Below are positions 38,560-52,765 of a DNA stretch of 64,000 bases, one piece after another. The stretch covers positions 6,339,225 through 6,403,224 of the forward strand of contig JASCQW010000139.1 in NCBI GenBank assembly GCA_030264375.1. Direction: 5' to 3'. The notes under the pieces were generated by a model. The model was given only the letters and a program-made list of their open reading frames with translations, was not told the DNA's origin and made no database searches. Every line of letters begins with the position of its first letter. Position 1 is the first letter of the stretch. A program made the translations under genes and the position numbers. Source of the stretch: Carcharhinus longimanus (Eukaryota).

Positions 38560-38828
38560 AGTTAAACTTTAAATATTAGTTACAAGTAAGGCTTACATTA
38601 ACACTACAATGAAGTTACTGTGAAATTCCCCTAATCGCCACAGTCCAGCGCCTGTTCAGGTCAATGCACCTAACCAGCACGTCTTTCAGAATGTGGGAGG
38701 AAACCGGAGCACCCAGAGGAATCCCAAGCAGACGCAGGGAACACATGCAAACTCCACACAGTGGCCCACGTCAGGAATCGAACCCGGGTCCCTGGTGCTG
38801 TGAAGTGGTAGTGCTAACCACTGTGCCT
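38560..38828 (-). mobile_element. V-SINE-like SINE with alternative tail
   Basis: ggaatcgaacccgggtccctgg...gtgctaaccactgtgcc (reverse tRNA head); tail cattaacactacaatgaagttactgtgaaattcccctaatcgccaca; same family at 52060-52285, 52470-52765 and 63855-64000. Confidence 0.8.
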
Positions 38829-41279
38829 AAGGGACATCAATGGAACTTTTAGAAGTCAAAAAGTTATAGGAATGACTGCTGAGACAGATATCATATTTCT
38901 CTACCCAACTGAGATTCATTTCAAAAGTACTAATTGCTGTAAAGCATTTTGGGATGTCTGGAGGTCATGAAAGGCACCATATAAATACTCATTCTATTGG
39001 AAATGTGCTCACAAAACATTTAAGATTTTCAGCTAAGTAAGGATGCAGATATACAGTGGTAACAGGGATATTGGATCTAATAAAAAACATGCTTTCTTTG
39101 TGCTTTAGTGCCTTTTCCTATTCCAAGATATTTACAAGATCAGCTCCCCCTGCCCCCGCCCCCCAAATTCTTGTGAACAAAAGTATGCTTTATGGTAAAC
39201 ACCCATCAGGAATTTGAAGACTCGCCCTAAAAAGGAGGAATATGAACACAATATTATCCATCATCTGATTAGCAGGACCAGCTAAAATCACAGAACCACA
39301 AGATGTTCAAGCAAGTTTTCTCACTGTCGTGAGCAGCATCATCCAACTTTTTAAAAGCCATAACAGATTAAAATCTAAAACTCCAGGAGGGGAAAGTAAA
39401 GGGAAAATGTGATGTGATGTCAACACACTGGTATGCTTTATAAGCCTGGACTCTGTGGTTAAATGATTAGTCTCGTGATAATGCAGAAGCAGGAGAAACC
39501 AGACTGAATCTGTGCCAGCAATATACAGATGACTAAAGAGGTGAGACAAGGAGAAAGAACAAGAGATCTTATGTGTCTGAACTTGCTGGCAGAGGAGAAA
39601 GAAGATCAAAGAATGAAAGAAAAGGCAGAAGACAGAAAAATAGCAACCCAAATAGAGTTACTCAAAAGCAATTGCAAACAAGGAACTTAAACATTCTACC
39701 ACAGAATGCAAATCCACACCTTTTTTGACATTAACATTACCTGCCCACACCTCATCTCAAAAATCTAATGCACATCAACTTGAGGCTTGGTTTCTTCAAA
39801 AAGCATTGTATTCCAACCCATAAACTTCAACTTATTCAAAACTCTCATATACATCCATACAAGCATATGCAAGTTTAGTGTCCTAATCACTCTGATCTTC
39901 AATAAGCTCTCTTCCCTAGTGAATTAACTTCAGGACCTCGGTCCTTGCTTTTTAATTCCTTCACAGCCTTATCAGAGCAAACTCTTCCAATTATTCATCC
40001 CTGCATATACCTACCACTCCTCAGCCAAAAATACACTGTTCCCTTTCAATTCCATTTGCTTCATTAATTTTTCTAAAATAAAATGTGTTCTTATATAATT
40101 GACACTGGCAAGGCTATGTCTAATTCTCATTCAGAGTTGGTGTTTGTACAAGCCAATGGTGTTTTGTGCAAGTCAATGTCACGAGTACACTTCAGATGGC
40201 ATTGAGAATCAATAATATCACGTGATGGTGGTGGGGCCCTCCCTCAGGGGAATTAGTGAACAAGTAGCAGCACTTTCCCTGATGTTAACCCAAACATAAC
40301 CTCATTAATTCAATTTTGTATGACAGGATTTGAACTTGTGCCAAGTGGAATCCTAGTTCAGTACAATACAATTACTAGATTTCTAAAACTGACTTGTTTT
40401 CTGAATTTTTATTCTTAATTCTGCAACTCTAACCAGAATTAAGTTGTTATATTTATTAAGTCACAACAATTACATTGTTGTTTCAGGTTGTAGAGGGTTA
40501 ATAGCAGTCAAGTTCCATAACTATAATTAGCATGCATCTGTTACCTATTGCCCTACAGTGTATATAACAAGATCAGATTTTCCACACAGTGGAAACAGCT
40601 TTTTCTTAGAATACTGGAACTTGTTCCCCACCCACCTCCAGCATACTCGAGTCTAAAGGCAATATACAAGCACAACACTCATTCCCAATAACAAATAAAA
40701 TGCCCTGATTGTTTGAGGATGTGATCAGATGAATGCTACTTTACTACATGGCAGCATAGTGTCCAGTCAATGATTATCAGTCAGGCATTAGGACATCTAC
40801 ATCAGAGTTTTGCTAAGTGATTAGAAGGTGCAACAACTTGGCCAAAAAGCTTTTTTAAGATTACAGTCTGATATGTGGCAATAATAGGTGGAAATACACT
40901 TCAATGGACCTTTGAAATAAAAACTCATCATGAGACCATGAGGTCTCTTAATCTAAATAACTTTTTCAGGTGCTGAAAGATGTGAATTTCTTGTTCCCTT
41001 GAACTTTCTCATTCTCTTCCAATCTTCAGGCCTGTAAAATACTATTACACTAATTTCCAATCATGTGTTCCCTGTGTCAAGAGTTTTGGCCTTCAAGTTT
41101 GATTGCTGCGTGAAAATGGTTGGTTCCTCCAACAATGCAAGTAGGTCTTCTACCTGGACAGGGGAGTTAGATGGTTTGAACAGATTTAATTGCATTCCTA
41201 CCTTCTTTCATGCTGTGATTCAGGTAGCATTTCTTGCAAAGTTATAGAGCTTCATTTAGTATATCAGAATTCGATTCAA

Positions 41280-44200
41280 TCTTTTCTATTTTAATGGCAG
41301 ATTTGAAGAACAAATTTGCAAGAAAGGTACCAAAAATTATAGAACAGCTATAAACTGAATAGTGGTAATAGTGCTGGAGTGCTTGGGGCTGGGGACGGAG
41401 GAGGAGAAGGAAGAGGTTTCCAAGTGCTTCTAGGAGAATTTTCTACATCAATATGTTTCCCGTCTGATGAAGAAGGAAGCATGCTGGATTTTGTTCTAGA
41501 GAATAATGTTGGTCAAATGGATCAAATGTGTCGTTAAGGGAACATTAAGGGTACAGTGATGTTAGTATCATATAGATAAGGTTAGCCCTGGAAAAAGACA
41601 AAGAGCTATCCAGAATAAAAATAATTTATTGGGGGAGGGCCAATTTCAATAGAAGGAGAACAGGTCAGGCTCAGATGAATGGAATCAAAGATTGGAAGGC
41701 AAGACTGTATTTGAACAATGGGCTGTTTAAGAGACAGTTCAAATACTGTTGAGGTACATTCCTGCAAGGAAGACAAATCCAGATGAAAGAAAGAGGATAA
41801 AATGAAGCAGAAAAAGAAGTTTGTAACGCACCTCACAAAAGGTACCTCACAAGAGGTTATTGCAGAAGGTAAGGGGGCATGGAGTTGGGGTAGGGTGTTA
41901 GCGTGGATAGAGGATNNNNNNNNNNNNNNNNNNNNNNNNNNNNNNNNNNNNNNNNNNNNNNNNNNNNNNNNNNNNNNNNNNNNNNNNNNNNNNNNNNNNN
42001 NNNNNNNNNNNNNNNGCCATGATCCTATTGAATGGCGGGGCAGGCTCGAAGGGCTAGATGGCCTACTCCTGCTCCTATTTCTTATGTTCTTAGATGTCTT
42101 GATTGGTAACACAAGTGAGATACCAAACTAAAAAGTTCAGAGGAAAAGTGAAAAAAAAGTTAAAAAAGAAGCAGTGATGACACTGACAGCTAACATAAAA
42201 GGGAATCTAAAGACATTCAATAGGGATATAAGAGAGTGGTAAACTGAGTAGAACCAATTAAGGACCAAAAAAGGAGTATAGAAGCAGGTGGTACAGCTAA
42301 GATACTAAATTATTATTTGTATCTATCCTTACTATAAAGTGCTGCACTATGTCATAGTGAAAGGGAAGATAGCTGTGACATTGGATGGGCTGAAAATTGA
42401 TAGAGGTATTAGAAAGGCTGACTGTACTTAAAGTTGATAAGTCACTAGAACCAGAAGAGCTGCATCTGAGAATAGCGAGGAAAGTAAAGGTGGAAATTAT
42501 AGAGGCACCTGCCATACTCTTACAAATCTTCCTTAGATAGAGGTATCCACTCACCTGGTGAAGGAGCAGCGTCCCAAAAGCTCGTGATACCAAATAAACT
42601 TGTTGGACTTTAACTTTGTGTTGTGAGATTACTTCCTGTGCCCACCCAGTCCAACACTGGCATCTCCACATCAAACTAAAAGTGCAAATCCAGGCCAGTC
42701 AGTTTAACCTCGATGGAGGGAACGGTTTTAGAAACAATAATCGAGGACAAAATTGTCACTCAGACAAATTTGGATTAATTAAGGAAAGCCAGCATGGATT
42801 GTTACAGGCAAATTGTGTTTTGCTAGGTTAAGAAAGATGTGGTAGGTTTGCGGTACAAATACTTCAATGTTGGATCTAGCATTTATATTTTTAGATAGAA
42901 TTATAGAATGTTCAGCACGGAGACAGGTCCAAACTGGTCCATGTTGACCAAAAAGCCCATTTAAGCTAACCTCCTTTGCCTGATAATTTCAGAGTTCATT
43001 TGAATATCAAAGATCAGTCAGAGGTCACCAAAGACATTTTGCAAGAGTTCCATGGGTAAACAGAAGAGGGTATATTACATTTTATTAACCTACAAACAGT
43101 GATCAGAAACAAAAGATTTTATATTTGGAAGGATTTGCGTTTCAAAGAGGTGTGTGAACAATGGGACCTGATGTGAAAAGGAGAAACAGGTATTTTAGAG
43201 TTAGCGTAGAGAGCTTACCTGTTGTCTCTATAAGGAAGATCTCTGAGAAACAGCTCTGGACTGGGAGAAGGGAAGTTTGAATCAGACTCCAGTCAAACCA
43301 GAAAGGTTTTGGGCTGCAAAAAGCAGTCTTTTCCTGACATCTTGGATTTCCACAGCAGAGTGTTGAGTTTCAGAGTTCATGTGGAATACCTTTATTAAAT
43401 CTACAGCAGTTTGCCTTGGTTATTATTATTAGATTTTTATAGTTAAACATCTATAAGGGAATGTTGCCCAGAAGGTGTTTATTTTTGGATCTGACCAAAT
43501 CGGGAGTCTTCTGAAGGGAATGTTTAGTAAGACTAATTTTAATTATGGAACTGTATCTTTTGTCTGCTTCAATTTTCCTTTATTTTGTTAATAAACCTTT
43601 TATTTTTAATGTTTAAAATTCCAAAAGTGCTACTGAACTTCTTTTTGATCAGTACTTTTCTTCATGTTTTTCAGAATTTGTAAAAGAGGATATGGTCTAT
43701 AAGACAGGTTTCCCTGGGATTTGTTATTTTTAGTTCATTTATGGGATGTGGGCATCACTGGATAGGTCAGAATTCATTGCCCATCCCAAGCTGCCCTTAA
43801 CAGCACATAATACTGAGGGTTGATTAGAATAATGCAGCTTATGATATGTGCATGGATTTCCAAAAAGCATTTGATAAAGTGCCACATAAGAAGCCTGTCA
43901 GCAAAGTTGAATTCCATGGAATAAAAGCGACAAGGGTAACATGAGTAGTGTTTGTTTAGTTACAGGAAATGGAGAGAGATGAATGATTATTTTTGCATTG
44001 GCAGGAGTACATGCTGGAGATCCCCAGGTGTAGATATTAGTCCTTTCTTGATCTCCATTAATAATTCTGATTTGGATGTGCAGTGCAGGGCAAAATTTAA
44101 AATTTTCACCAATTGTTGAAGGTGCTGGACAGATTGAGAAAGTGGTTAAGTTCCAGGATTTTGAACCAGCAACATCGAAGGAATGGTGATATAGTTCCAA

Positions 44201-45690
44201 GTCAAGGTGGTAAATAAGGTATAGTGAATCCTGGGCTTTTTAAATAGGGACATAGAATACAAAAGCAAGCAATTTAAGTGAACCTTTATAGCTTTTCGGT
44301 CTCAACAGGACTATTGTGTCCAATTCTGCACACCACACTTGAAGCCGAATGTGAAAACATTGGAGACGATGCAAAAGGATTTACAAGAATGGTTCCGGGG
44401 ATGAGAGTATTCAACGACAAGGATAGATTGATGAAGCTGGGGCTGTTTATTTCTAATTATTTGATATATTATTGGCACATGCATTAGTAGACAGTGAAAT
44501 GTATTATTGCTTGCACGCAGACAAAGCATACCATACATAGAGAAGGAAAGGGTAAAGAATGTAGAGTTACAGTCATAACTAGGGTGTAGAGAAAATCAAC
44601 TTAATATAAGGTAGGTCCATTCAAAAGTCTGATGGCAGCAGCGAAGAAGCTGTTCTTGAATCAGTTGGTATGTGACCTCAGATGTTTGTATCTTTTTCCC
44701 AATGAAGAGAAAATCAAGAGGAGATTTAATAGAAATGTTCAAAATCATGAGATGTTTGAACAGAGTAGAAAGGGAGAAACTATTCCTATTGATGGAAGAA
44801 TCAAGAACCAAAGGACAGCAATTTAAGGTGTTTGACAAAAGGGATGTGATCATTTCAAACAAATTCTAAGTGCCGAACAAGCAAGAAAACAGAAGAGAAT
44901 GGTGTTGGTTTTCTCAGTGAGCCACAAGTCGCACTCTTAGGGCACTCGATGAAAAAAAAAGAGCCTGGATGCAATTCTCGCCAGTAGGTTGTGTGTGTGT
45001 GTGGAGCCTAAGCTCACCGGTGATGCTGGCTGCAGAGTGCTTGGGTGCCACTGTGCATTGGGGCCACTGCCAGGCCATGCTCCCAGCCACCTGTGGGCTT
45101 CAATTGCCTCCGATTTCCACCCTTCCCCCATGAGGTCATCAAGTCTGGTACCCCTTGGCGGGGACCATGAGCATTTCTCAACGGCGAGGCCTCTTGCTGA
45201 CGAGGGGGAGGATTCCTGGGAGACAGAAATGGCTGTGCTGGCCTCGTTAACGCCATTTAGATGATGACTTAATATTTGAATTTGGGCACGAAGCTGACTG
45301 CGCCGGCAAAACAGGGCCATGAGATGGCTTTCAGCGTGGGACTATTTTGTGCCTGGTGTGAAAATCTTGCATGCTATCTTCCCAGCTCTTTGTGCCAATC
45401 AAGCAGCATGGCAGGCAAAATGATCACGCCCAAGAAGTAACAAAGACATGAGGGAAAACTGTTTTTTTAAACTCAATAAGTGGTTATGATCTGGAATGCA
45501 TTGCCTAAGAATGTGGTGGAGGCAGATTCAGTTGTGGTTTTCAAAGGGACATGGTAATTACCTGAAGAGAAAAAAACTGCAGAGCTACAGGAAAAAGGCA
45601 GGGATTGGGATTAACTGAGTGGCTCTTACAGAGAGCTGGCAATGACATGATAGGTCTAATAGTCTCCTCTGTCTATGGTACAATCATTCT
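41280..45690 (+). mobile_element. Old CR1 LINE fragmented by younger insertions (CR1 tail, Penelope-like piece, LTR-like block, Rex tail, MITE)
   Basis: Endonuclease-like 41300-41600; ..GLIKESQHGL.. about 42770; MDFQKAFDKVPH about 43851; DLIEMFKIM..EKLFLL about 44720; 3' UTR 45432-45690. Confidence 0.75.
44842..45431. mobile_element. Harbinger-type MITE with 14-bp TIRs and 3-bp target-site duplication
   Basis: aag|ggatgtgatcattt ... aaatgatcacgccc|aag; interrupts a CR1 3' end that resumes after the insertion. Confidence 0.8.
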
Positions 45691-47256
45691 AATTTATAGT
45701 AAAATGGAAAATTTAAATCAAAGGAGACCAGTTAGTACACCACATTTGTGCTGGCCTTAAAAGGGCCATTGAGGCAAATCGCACTTTCCAGCTCTTGTTC
45801 TGTAGCCCTGTATGTTACTGCATTTCAAGTGCACATCCAAATACCTCTTCAATGCAACGAGGGTGGCCTCTACCATCCTTTCAGGCGACAAGTTCCAGAC
45901 CCCCACTGGAAAAAGATTCCCCTCTAAATTTCTGCCAATTACTTTCATTGTATGCCTCCTGGTTACGCTTCTAAGGAAAACAGGTCCTTCCTATCATCTA
46001 TCTAGGCCCCTCATAGTTTTATGGACTTTAATTGATCTCCCTTCTGACTTCTCTACTCAAAGAAATGTTCAGTGTACATGAGAGCAAAGCTCATGCATTT
46101 ATTGATGCCATTCTAACCTGGACACTAATTACAGCCTGATTACTCACTGCCAATCAACAATAACCTTTTATATATACTATTATCGACAAGATGAAATCTA
46201 TTCTTATGAAGTAGACCATAAATTATATGATCATGGTTATTGCACCATCAGTGTAAGATAATCTATCTGTATGATTGAGAAAGTACAATGACTTATTTTG
46301 TGTTATGTCCTAAAGATGTATAATGGAATGGCATGTCAAATTGTAACAACTTTGCTTTAGTCATCAAGAATTAGCACCAGCATATCACCTGATATGCAGC
46401 CTAATATAAATAATACCTTAACCCACTTTAAATTTTCTGCATTCATCAAGGTGAGGGATCTTAGTTCTACTGACTGGAACTCTTACCATTTCAGGCAGCT
46501 AGTTTCAATATGAAGCACATGTCAATGGCACAGCTAGATGCAGAGTAAAGATCCCCTTGATTACAATAACATGCCTCAACTACAAATTCACAAGAGCACC
46601 CTCCCACTGCACCAAACTACAAAACTAACAACAATTTTGTGGTTCTCTTATAAACCGGGCTGAGATTGCACAAGGACTCTTCAGCAAAAGTGGCACACTA
46701 AAATTATTTTTGCAAGTGGGGGAAAGAATAGTTCAGTCTAAGTAAAACTCTGTGGATGGGCCGCAGAAAGACAAATTCTTTTGCATTCTCTATTCTGCTC
46801 CAGGTTTCCTCCTCTATTCATCAAGTTGGTTACTTCTGTCCAGAATTTATTTCTTTCCAGACCTAAAACAAGATTAAAATCTGCAGACTTCCATGTGGAA
46901 GAACTTTGTACACCAAGTAAACAAATGCGCAGGTGCCTTTTTATGCTGATTTAAATGATCAAAAGTATGGGGATCAATTTTCAAAGAAAAATTAAAGTGG
47001 GCTTTTATTGATCTGGTATATCATCTGGTATTGATGACCCAAATTCCAGTAAAGATTAAACTTCTGGCACAAGGCGGGCAAACTTTGCTCCTAGAGTAAA
47101 GTCTTTAAAATGAATTAACCGCCATCGCAGGTGGATTAGGTCTCAAGGAGGATGTAACGATATATTCATTTCAATTAACCCTTGCTTGGGCAATTCCACC
47201 CACCAAGCTTTCCATTTTGACACACAAACGTGAAAATCAGTAGATAAATTACTCAC

Positions 47257-47318
47257 CCTATCAAGGACACCATCTGTTCCACTATGTGCTTGCTGAACAT
47301 TATAATAACAAACAGTTT
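47257..47318 (-). CDS. VMP1: VMP1 coding exon (exon 10, 62 bp)
   Basis: cccacag|AAA...GG|gtgagt; translates KLFVIIMFSKHIVEQMVSLIG; phase 0/2, in frame with the neighbouring exons. Confidence 0.96.
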
Positions 47319-48239
47319 CTGTGGGTTTAAAAAAAAGACTAGTTAATTGGAGAGAAATTAGCTTGGGATAAAAAAGGCATCCAAAGAATTAAGTTATTTA
47401 GAGGAACGAGAAGAGATTTGCTCATTCAATATACCCATCGAACCTAAGTAAATAAAATCTGAGACATTTATTTTGTGTAACAAAAACAGAAAATGCCAAA
47501 GAGTCATTCAGATTCAAAATGTTCGCTTTGCGTTCTCTCCATGGATACTATCAGACCTGCTGAGATTTTCAGCATTTTCTGTTTGTGCTTCAGATTCCAG
47601 TATCCGCAGAAATTTGCTTTCATCTTAGTATTTATTTTGTGCAAACTGGAAAGATGCAAGTGATTTATTTTAGAAACTGCTTTGAAATATGCCATGGAAT
47701 ACAAAGCATGGTAGGTGAGCAGCATTTTCTCATCCACCGAAGCGTTTTGGAGAAAGGCAAAACCACAGTACAGGTGACCAAGGTCGAAAAATGTGGGGGA
47801 GAAGACTAGCTGAATGCCAATCTTGGCTTGTCGATTGTAGATGGAATGACTGCGGTAGAAGAAGAGATCCACAGCTTCCAGCTTCAGGGGAAGAATGAAT
47901 TAGATTACACGGCAGTTTGAAAAGCCCCAATTTGATCAGAGCAAGGGTGGAGGAGGAAGGAAGAGGTTTCAGACAGCAGATATGGAGGTTCAAAGCAAAA
48001 AGAAAGGAAAGTTCTGATAAACATTGAACACAGCAACATCTATCAGGAAACAAGAGGGTTTGAAGGAGAAGGAAATGCCATTTGTCAGAAATCAGCAAGT
48101 TTACACTATAGTATAGTGCTAGTTTGAGGGAGAGTGTTAGTTTACCATTACTGACCTGCATCTTCCATTGATATTTTATTAATCATCAAGCATTACCCTG
48201 CATTATTCTTAGTAACTTGGGTTACTGCATAAACAAACA

Positions 48240-48980
48240 TACGAGTTAAGAGCAGGATCACTTTACCCTTCAAGCTTGCTCCATCATTTAATAAGATGAT
48301 GATTGATTGGATTGTAACCTCCATTCCACATTCCCTCCTATCCACAATAACCTTTCACCCCTTGCTTATCAAGAATCAATCAGCCTCTAACTTAAAAATA
48401 CTCAACAACTCTGCTTCCACTACCTTTTGGGGAAAAGAGTTCCAAAGACACAACCCTCCAAGAAACGAATTCTCCTAATCTGTGTTCAAAATAGGTGACT
48501 CATTTTTAAACAGTGTCTCTCAAACTAGATTCTCCCACAAAAGGAAACATCTTTTCCACATCCACCCTGTCAAAACCCCTCAGGATCTTGTAGCTTTTAA
48601 TCAAATCTTATTCTTCTAAACTTTAGCAGATACAAGCCTAGTCTGTCCAACTTTTCCTCATAAAATAACCTGCCCAATCTTCTCTGAACTGCTTCCAATG
48701 CATTTACATGTTGCCTTAAATAAGGAAACCAATACTCTATACAGTACCCCAAATGTTGTCTTTCCAATGCTCTTTATACCAGAACTACAACCTCCCTACT
48801 TTTGTATTCAATTCTCCTCACTATAAATGCTCTATTAGCTTTCCAAGGTACTTGGCATACCTGCATACTAGCCTTTCCAATTCATGCACTAGAACCCCTA
48901 GGTCCCTCTGTATCTTTAAAATATCTCACCATTTAGATAACATGATCTTTTAAAATCTTTCCTGCCAAACCTATTTTCCT
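48240..48980 (-). mobile_element. Decayed CR1 LINE 3' portion
   Basis: Reverse CR1 tail (ccatcatttaataagatgatg...) and RT C-terminal motifs (aaataaggaaaccaatactctatacagtac). Confidence 0.8.
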
Positions 48981-49489
48981 GGGTATGCTTAATCTCCATA
49001 ACTTAACTCTGGATCAAAGAGATAATGGATTTAGGTCAAATATTTGAAAACAAAATGATTTTGCAAGGCTCCATCTCTGCTTCAGGAACATTCTAAACTT
49101 TTTGATAAGGCTATTGCTCAAACACTCCCACTTATCCACCAGTATTTATATATGCTAATCGACAGCAATTCAACCCACAGGATACCTACATCGCGTTGCA
49201 GTGCTTATTATGGTTTGCTGGGATTACATACTGGAAGATTCCAGATATCCTCCTCAGAGATAAAATTATATTGGTTTAAAAGAACCAAACAGAAGAATTT
49301 TTACTGTGCAGTAGCAATAAACAAAAGCATGATTATGTTGGACCTTAGTGACTAGAGGTCAACTCACCCTTGGCGGGCTAGCCAATTCTTTTTTGGTTGC
49401 ATTTTCCCATTTGTTTCTAGTCTGTCGGTAATCCAAATCACATTGACAGCTATGGCTGTCAACTTGGCTTAGTATTGAGAAGAACTTTG

Positions 49490-49995
49490 AATGGTGGCAC
49501 AGGAACAAGTGCATATATGAGGATCACATCTGAAAGATGACAGCTTTGACAATGCTCCCTCAATACTGCAGTGTTAGACTAGAGTGTGTGCTGAAGTTTT
49601 GGAGTGAGTCTTAAACTCATTGCTAGTACTGCTGACAGAGGTGCTATTTTCTGATTAGATATTACATCAAGACTGATTCAGATAGATGCAGAAAATCCCA
49701 TGGCACTATACGAAGAGAGGAGTTCTCCTGGTGCCTCAGCTCCTCATATGCAGAGCTTGCCATTCTTGCTCATGTTGCCATCACATATGGACAGTCAGCA
49801 ACTAGAGACTATCCACCAACCAACACTTCGAAAACCGAATAATTAGTTGTTTGAGATTATAGTGCAAAATAGCTACCCGGTTTACCAACATTACAACAGC
49901 AACTCCAAAATATTTCACATCCAATGCAGTACTCTTGAAATGAACATCTGGAAATAATGTGGAATGTGTTGCCTAAATGTGCGCTCTTTCTTGCG
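49490..49995. mobile_element. Old SacSINE1/DeuSINE-like fragments
   Basis: aaaatcccatggcactatacgaagagaggagttctcctggtg...acattacaacagcaactccaaaa; related pieces at 58370-58755 and 38915-38995. Confidence 0.6.
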
Positions 49996-50314
49996 ATTAA
50001 TTACATGTAGAATTTCTTTTTGTTCTCGTAGTGTCACACACCAGTTTCTGGTTGTGAAGTCAGTTAATGTTTGTCAGTGGCAATCAAACTGACTGTGGTA
50101 ATTCTCATTTGCCATTCTTGCCTGTAGGAAAGTTACTGCTAGCTGTCCATATGTGATGGAAACATAAGCAAGAATAGCAAGCTGAGGTGTTTAATGTACA
50201 TTGGGTGGGTGTGGGNNNNNNNNNNNNNNNNNNNNNNNNNNNNNNNNNNNNNNNNNNNNNNNNNNNNNNNNNNNNNNNNNNNNNNNNNNNNNNNNNNNNN
50301 NNNNNNNNNNNNNN

Positions 50315-51156
50315 NGGGGGGGGTGGGGGGGCCAGGGGTTGGTCCTCCCAAAAGTGCTGCATTGGTGGGAGAACTGTTTCAGATCACGACTGTTTTCTCA
50401 GTTCAGCTTCACACTCGAATCTCCCCACTATGAGCACTGTAGAGGTCCCAAATGTGAATCTCATTAAAAACCTGGGGGCCAGTCGTGCTGAGTTCGACAG
50501 TTCTGGAACTCTGAGCACGTGCAGTGGTTCCGCTTGGTCAGATCCCTGTTTGTTGGCCAGCCTGGGACCCTCACAGTGCTGCCCTTCCAGCACCCCTCCC
50601 CCCAACACCCCACAACAATTCCTGGGCTAGCCCTGATCCCCCTGCCCCGCCCAAGATAGGCCTCACTCTCTTGGCACTGTATGATGCCTGGTGGGCAGTG
50701 TCAAGATGCCCTCTTGGCATGGACACTTTGCCCCATGGGCAGTACCCCAGGGCACAGGCTGACACTGCCAGGGTGTCCATGCCTGGGGGCACCATGCACT
50801 CTGCTGCCTGATCCCCTGGGGGACCCCCGATTGTCCCTCCTTCATTCCAGCTAGGTCTCCCGTTAATTCTCCGAATATGGGGAGTAATTCTAAACCCTGT
50901 TGGAATGAAGTACTCCTGGCAGAGTGGGAGATTCAATCGGGACCAGCAAGTTCCCGATAATGAAATGCTAAACATATTTAAACTATATTAAAAAAGATTC
51001 AAATGACTTGCATGCCTTCCCGCTGGCTTCCAACGTGATCTGGACTCCAGCTGTTCTCCGGCTTTAGTGCATATGCAAATGTCAGAAAAGGGCCAACGAT
51101 ACGCATCTCCCAGCCTGACCTGCCAGAAAAGTTGTGGGTCATGGGAGAATTGCCCT
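50315..51156. mobile_element. GC-rich MITE-like element related to 15510-16549
   Basis: Shared motifs (ccctcttggcatggacac, cactgccagggtg, atttaaa/atgctaa block); end gggagaattgccc. Confidence 0.6.
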
Positions 51157-52059
51157 CCACAGACTACTGCAGTACCAGCAGAGGAAATTCAGGACAGATC
51201 TCATTTGCCTGTTGTAGGCTAACCAGTGTAAGCTGGGTAGTATAATGGCTTAAGGGACTTCTTTAATGTCTGGCATTTAGGCACATCTAAGCAAACAAAG
51301 TTCCAACTCTTCTTTTCCTACACAAAAGCAGAGATGGTTAAGGGAGGAGCTAATTGAATTCAAATCCGTAATTCAAAATTAGGAAAGGATTTCAGAGGTT
51401 AATACGGAAAAATATTTACATTGATTAACAAATCAGTGACATGAAACATAAATTCTTGGTCAAATGAAAGACTATTATTTGCATTTAACATGAAATCTTA
51501 ATTGTTTCCAGTTTTCTCAATCACCAACCCTCCTCAAACTGCCCACCCCATAACATTCATGCAAAGAAATATCTGTGGAAATACATGTCACATTTAATAG
51601 ATAGGAAAACTGGAATGTAACTAGTGATGATATCTTGGGAGGTCTCATGATGCCATAATCAACTAAGAAACTAAGATCATGGAGACAAGTTTGCAACACA
51701 AAACATTAAACTAGCAGAATGGAACAGCTGGCATATTTTACAATGGTCATTTTGATTTATTCTACACTTAAATATCACAATCTTATTCATAAAAGTTATT
51801 CACAATGAGTGTTCTTATGGGTGCAGCTGTAATGTCAGATTTATTTCACTAGGAGAATTTTACTTTAAAGACCAGTCGAAAGTGGGGGTGGCAGTTAAAA
51901 AGAAAAAAATAGGCTCTTTTCACAGGAATGGTGAGATACAAAAGCAAGGATAGTCATTCCAGGTTATTCATGCAGAACCTGGAGCAGCAATTTATAAATA
52001 GCACCATAGAAGCCCACAAACAGACCCAAGTCATCAGCTCAAGAGGACCTCTTGACACA

Positions 52060-52765
52060 GAACTGTCACTGTCTGTGTAGAATTTGCACATTCTCCCCAT
52101 GTTTGCATGGGTTTCTTCTGGGTGCTCCAGTTTCCTCCCACAGTCCAAAGATGTGGTTAGGTGGATTGGCCATGCTATTTCTCCCTCAGTGTATCTGAAC
52201 AAGCACCGGAGTGTGGTAACTAGGGGATTTTCACTGTAACTTCATTGCAGCTTGAATGTAAGACTACTAATAAATAAATCTTAATTTTTTTTAAAAAGAA
52301 CAAAAGTTTCACTACCCAGCTGCCCAAGCCATTCCCTCTGTTGGATGCTGGGTTATCAAGAAGTAAAGTTTAAAAAAGAAAATCTGTTAATGCTAACCAA
52401 AAACAAGTTTTTGGGTGGATAATGAGAGCCTTGCTAATACTTCTACAATCCTCAATTATTCAGTTTACTGTTAAAGTTAAAAGTTGAAGTTTATTTATTA
52501 GTCACAAGGCTTTAACATTAACACTGCATTGAAGTTGCTGTGAAATTCCACTAGTCACTACAGTCCACTGCCTGTTTGGGTCAATGCACCTAACCAGCAT
52601 GTCTTTCATGATGTTTGAGGAAACCAGAGCACCCGGAGGAAACCCACGCAGACACGGGAAGAACGTGCAAACTCCACATTGACAGTGGCCCAAGCTGGGA
52701 ATTGAACCCAGGCCCCTGGTGCCGTGAAGCAACAAGGCTAACTACTGTGCTACCATGCCGCCCCA
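52060..52765. mobile_element. Tail-to-tail pair of V-SINE-like SINEs (52060-52285 +; 52470-52765 -)
   Basis: gtcactgtctgtgtagaatttgcacattctcccc...ctaggggattttcactgtaacttcattgcag and its reverse complement about 190 bp further on. Confidence 0.85.

Noticed and set aside
39962-39980. cagccttatcagagc, partial similarity to miR-21
   Set aside because: Seed broken, no hairpin partner seen; chance match rather than a paralogue or target site.
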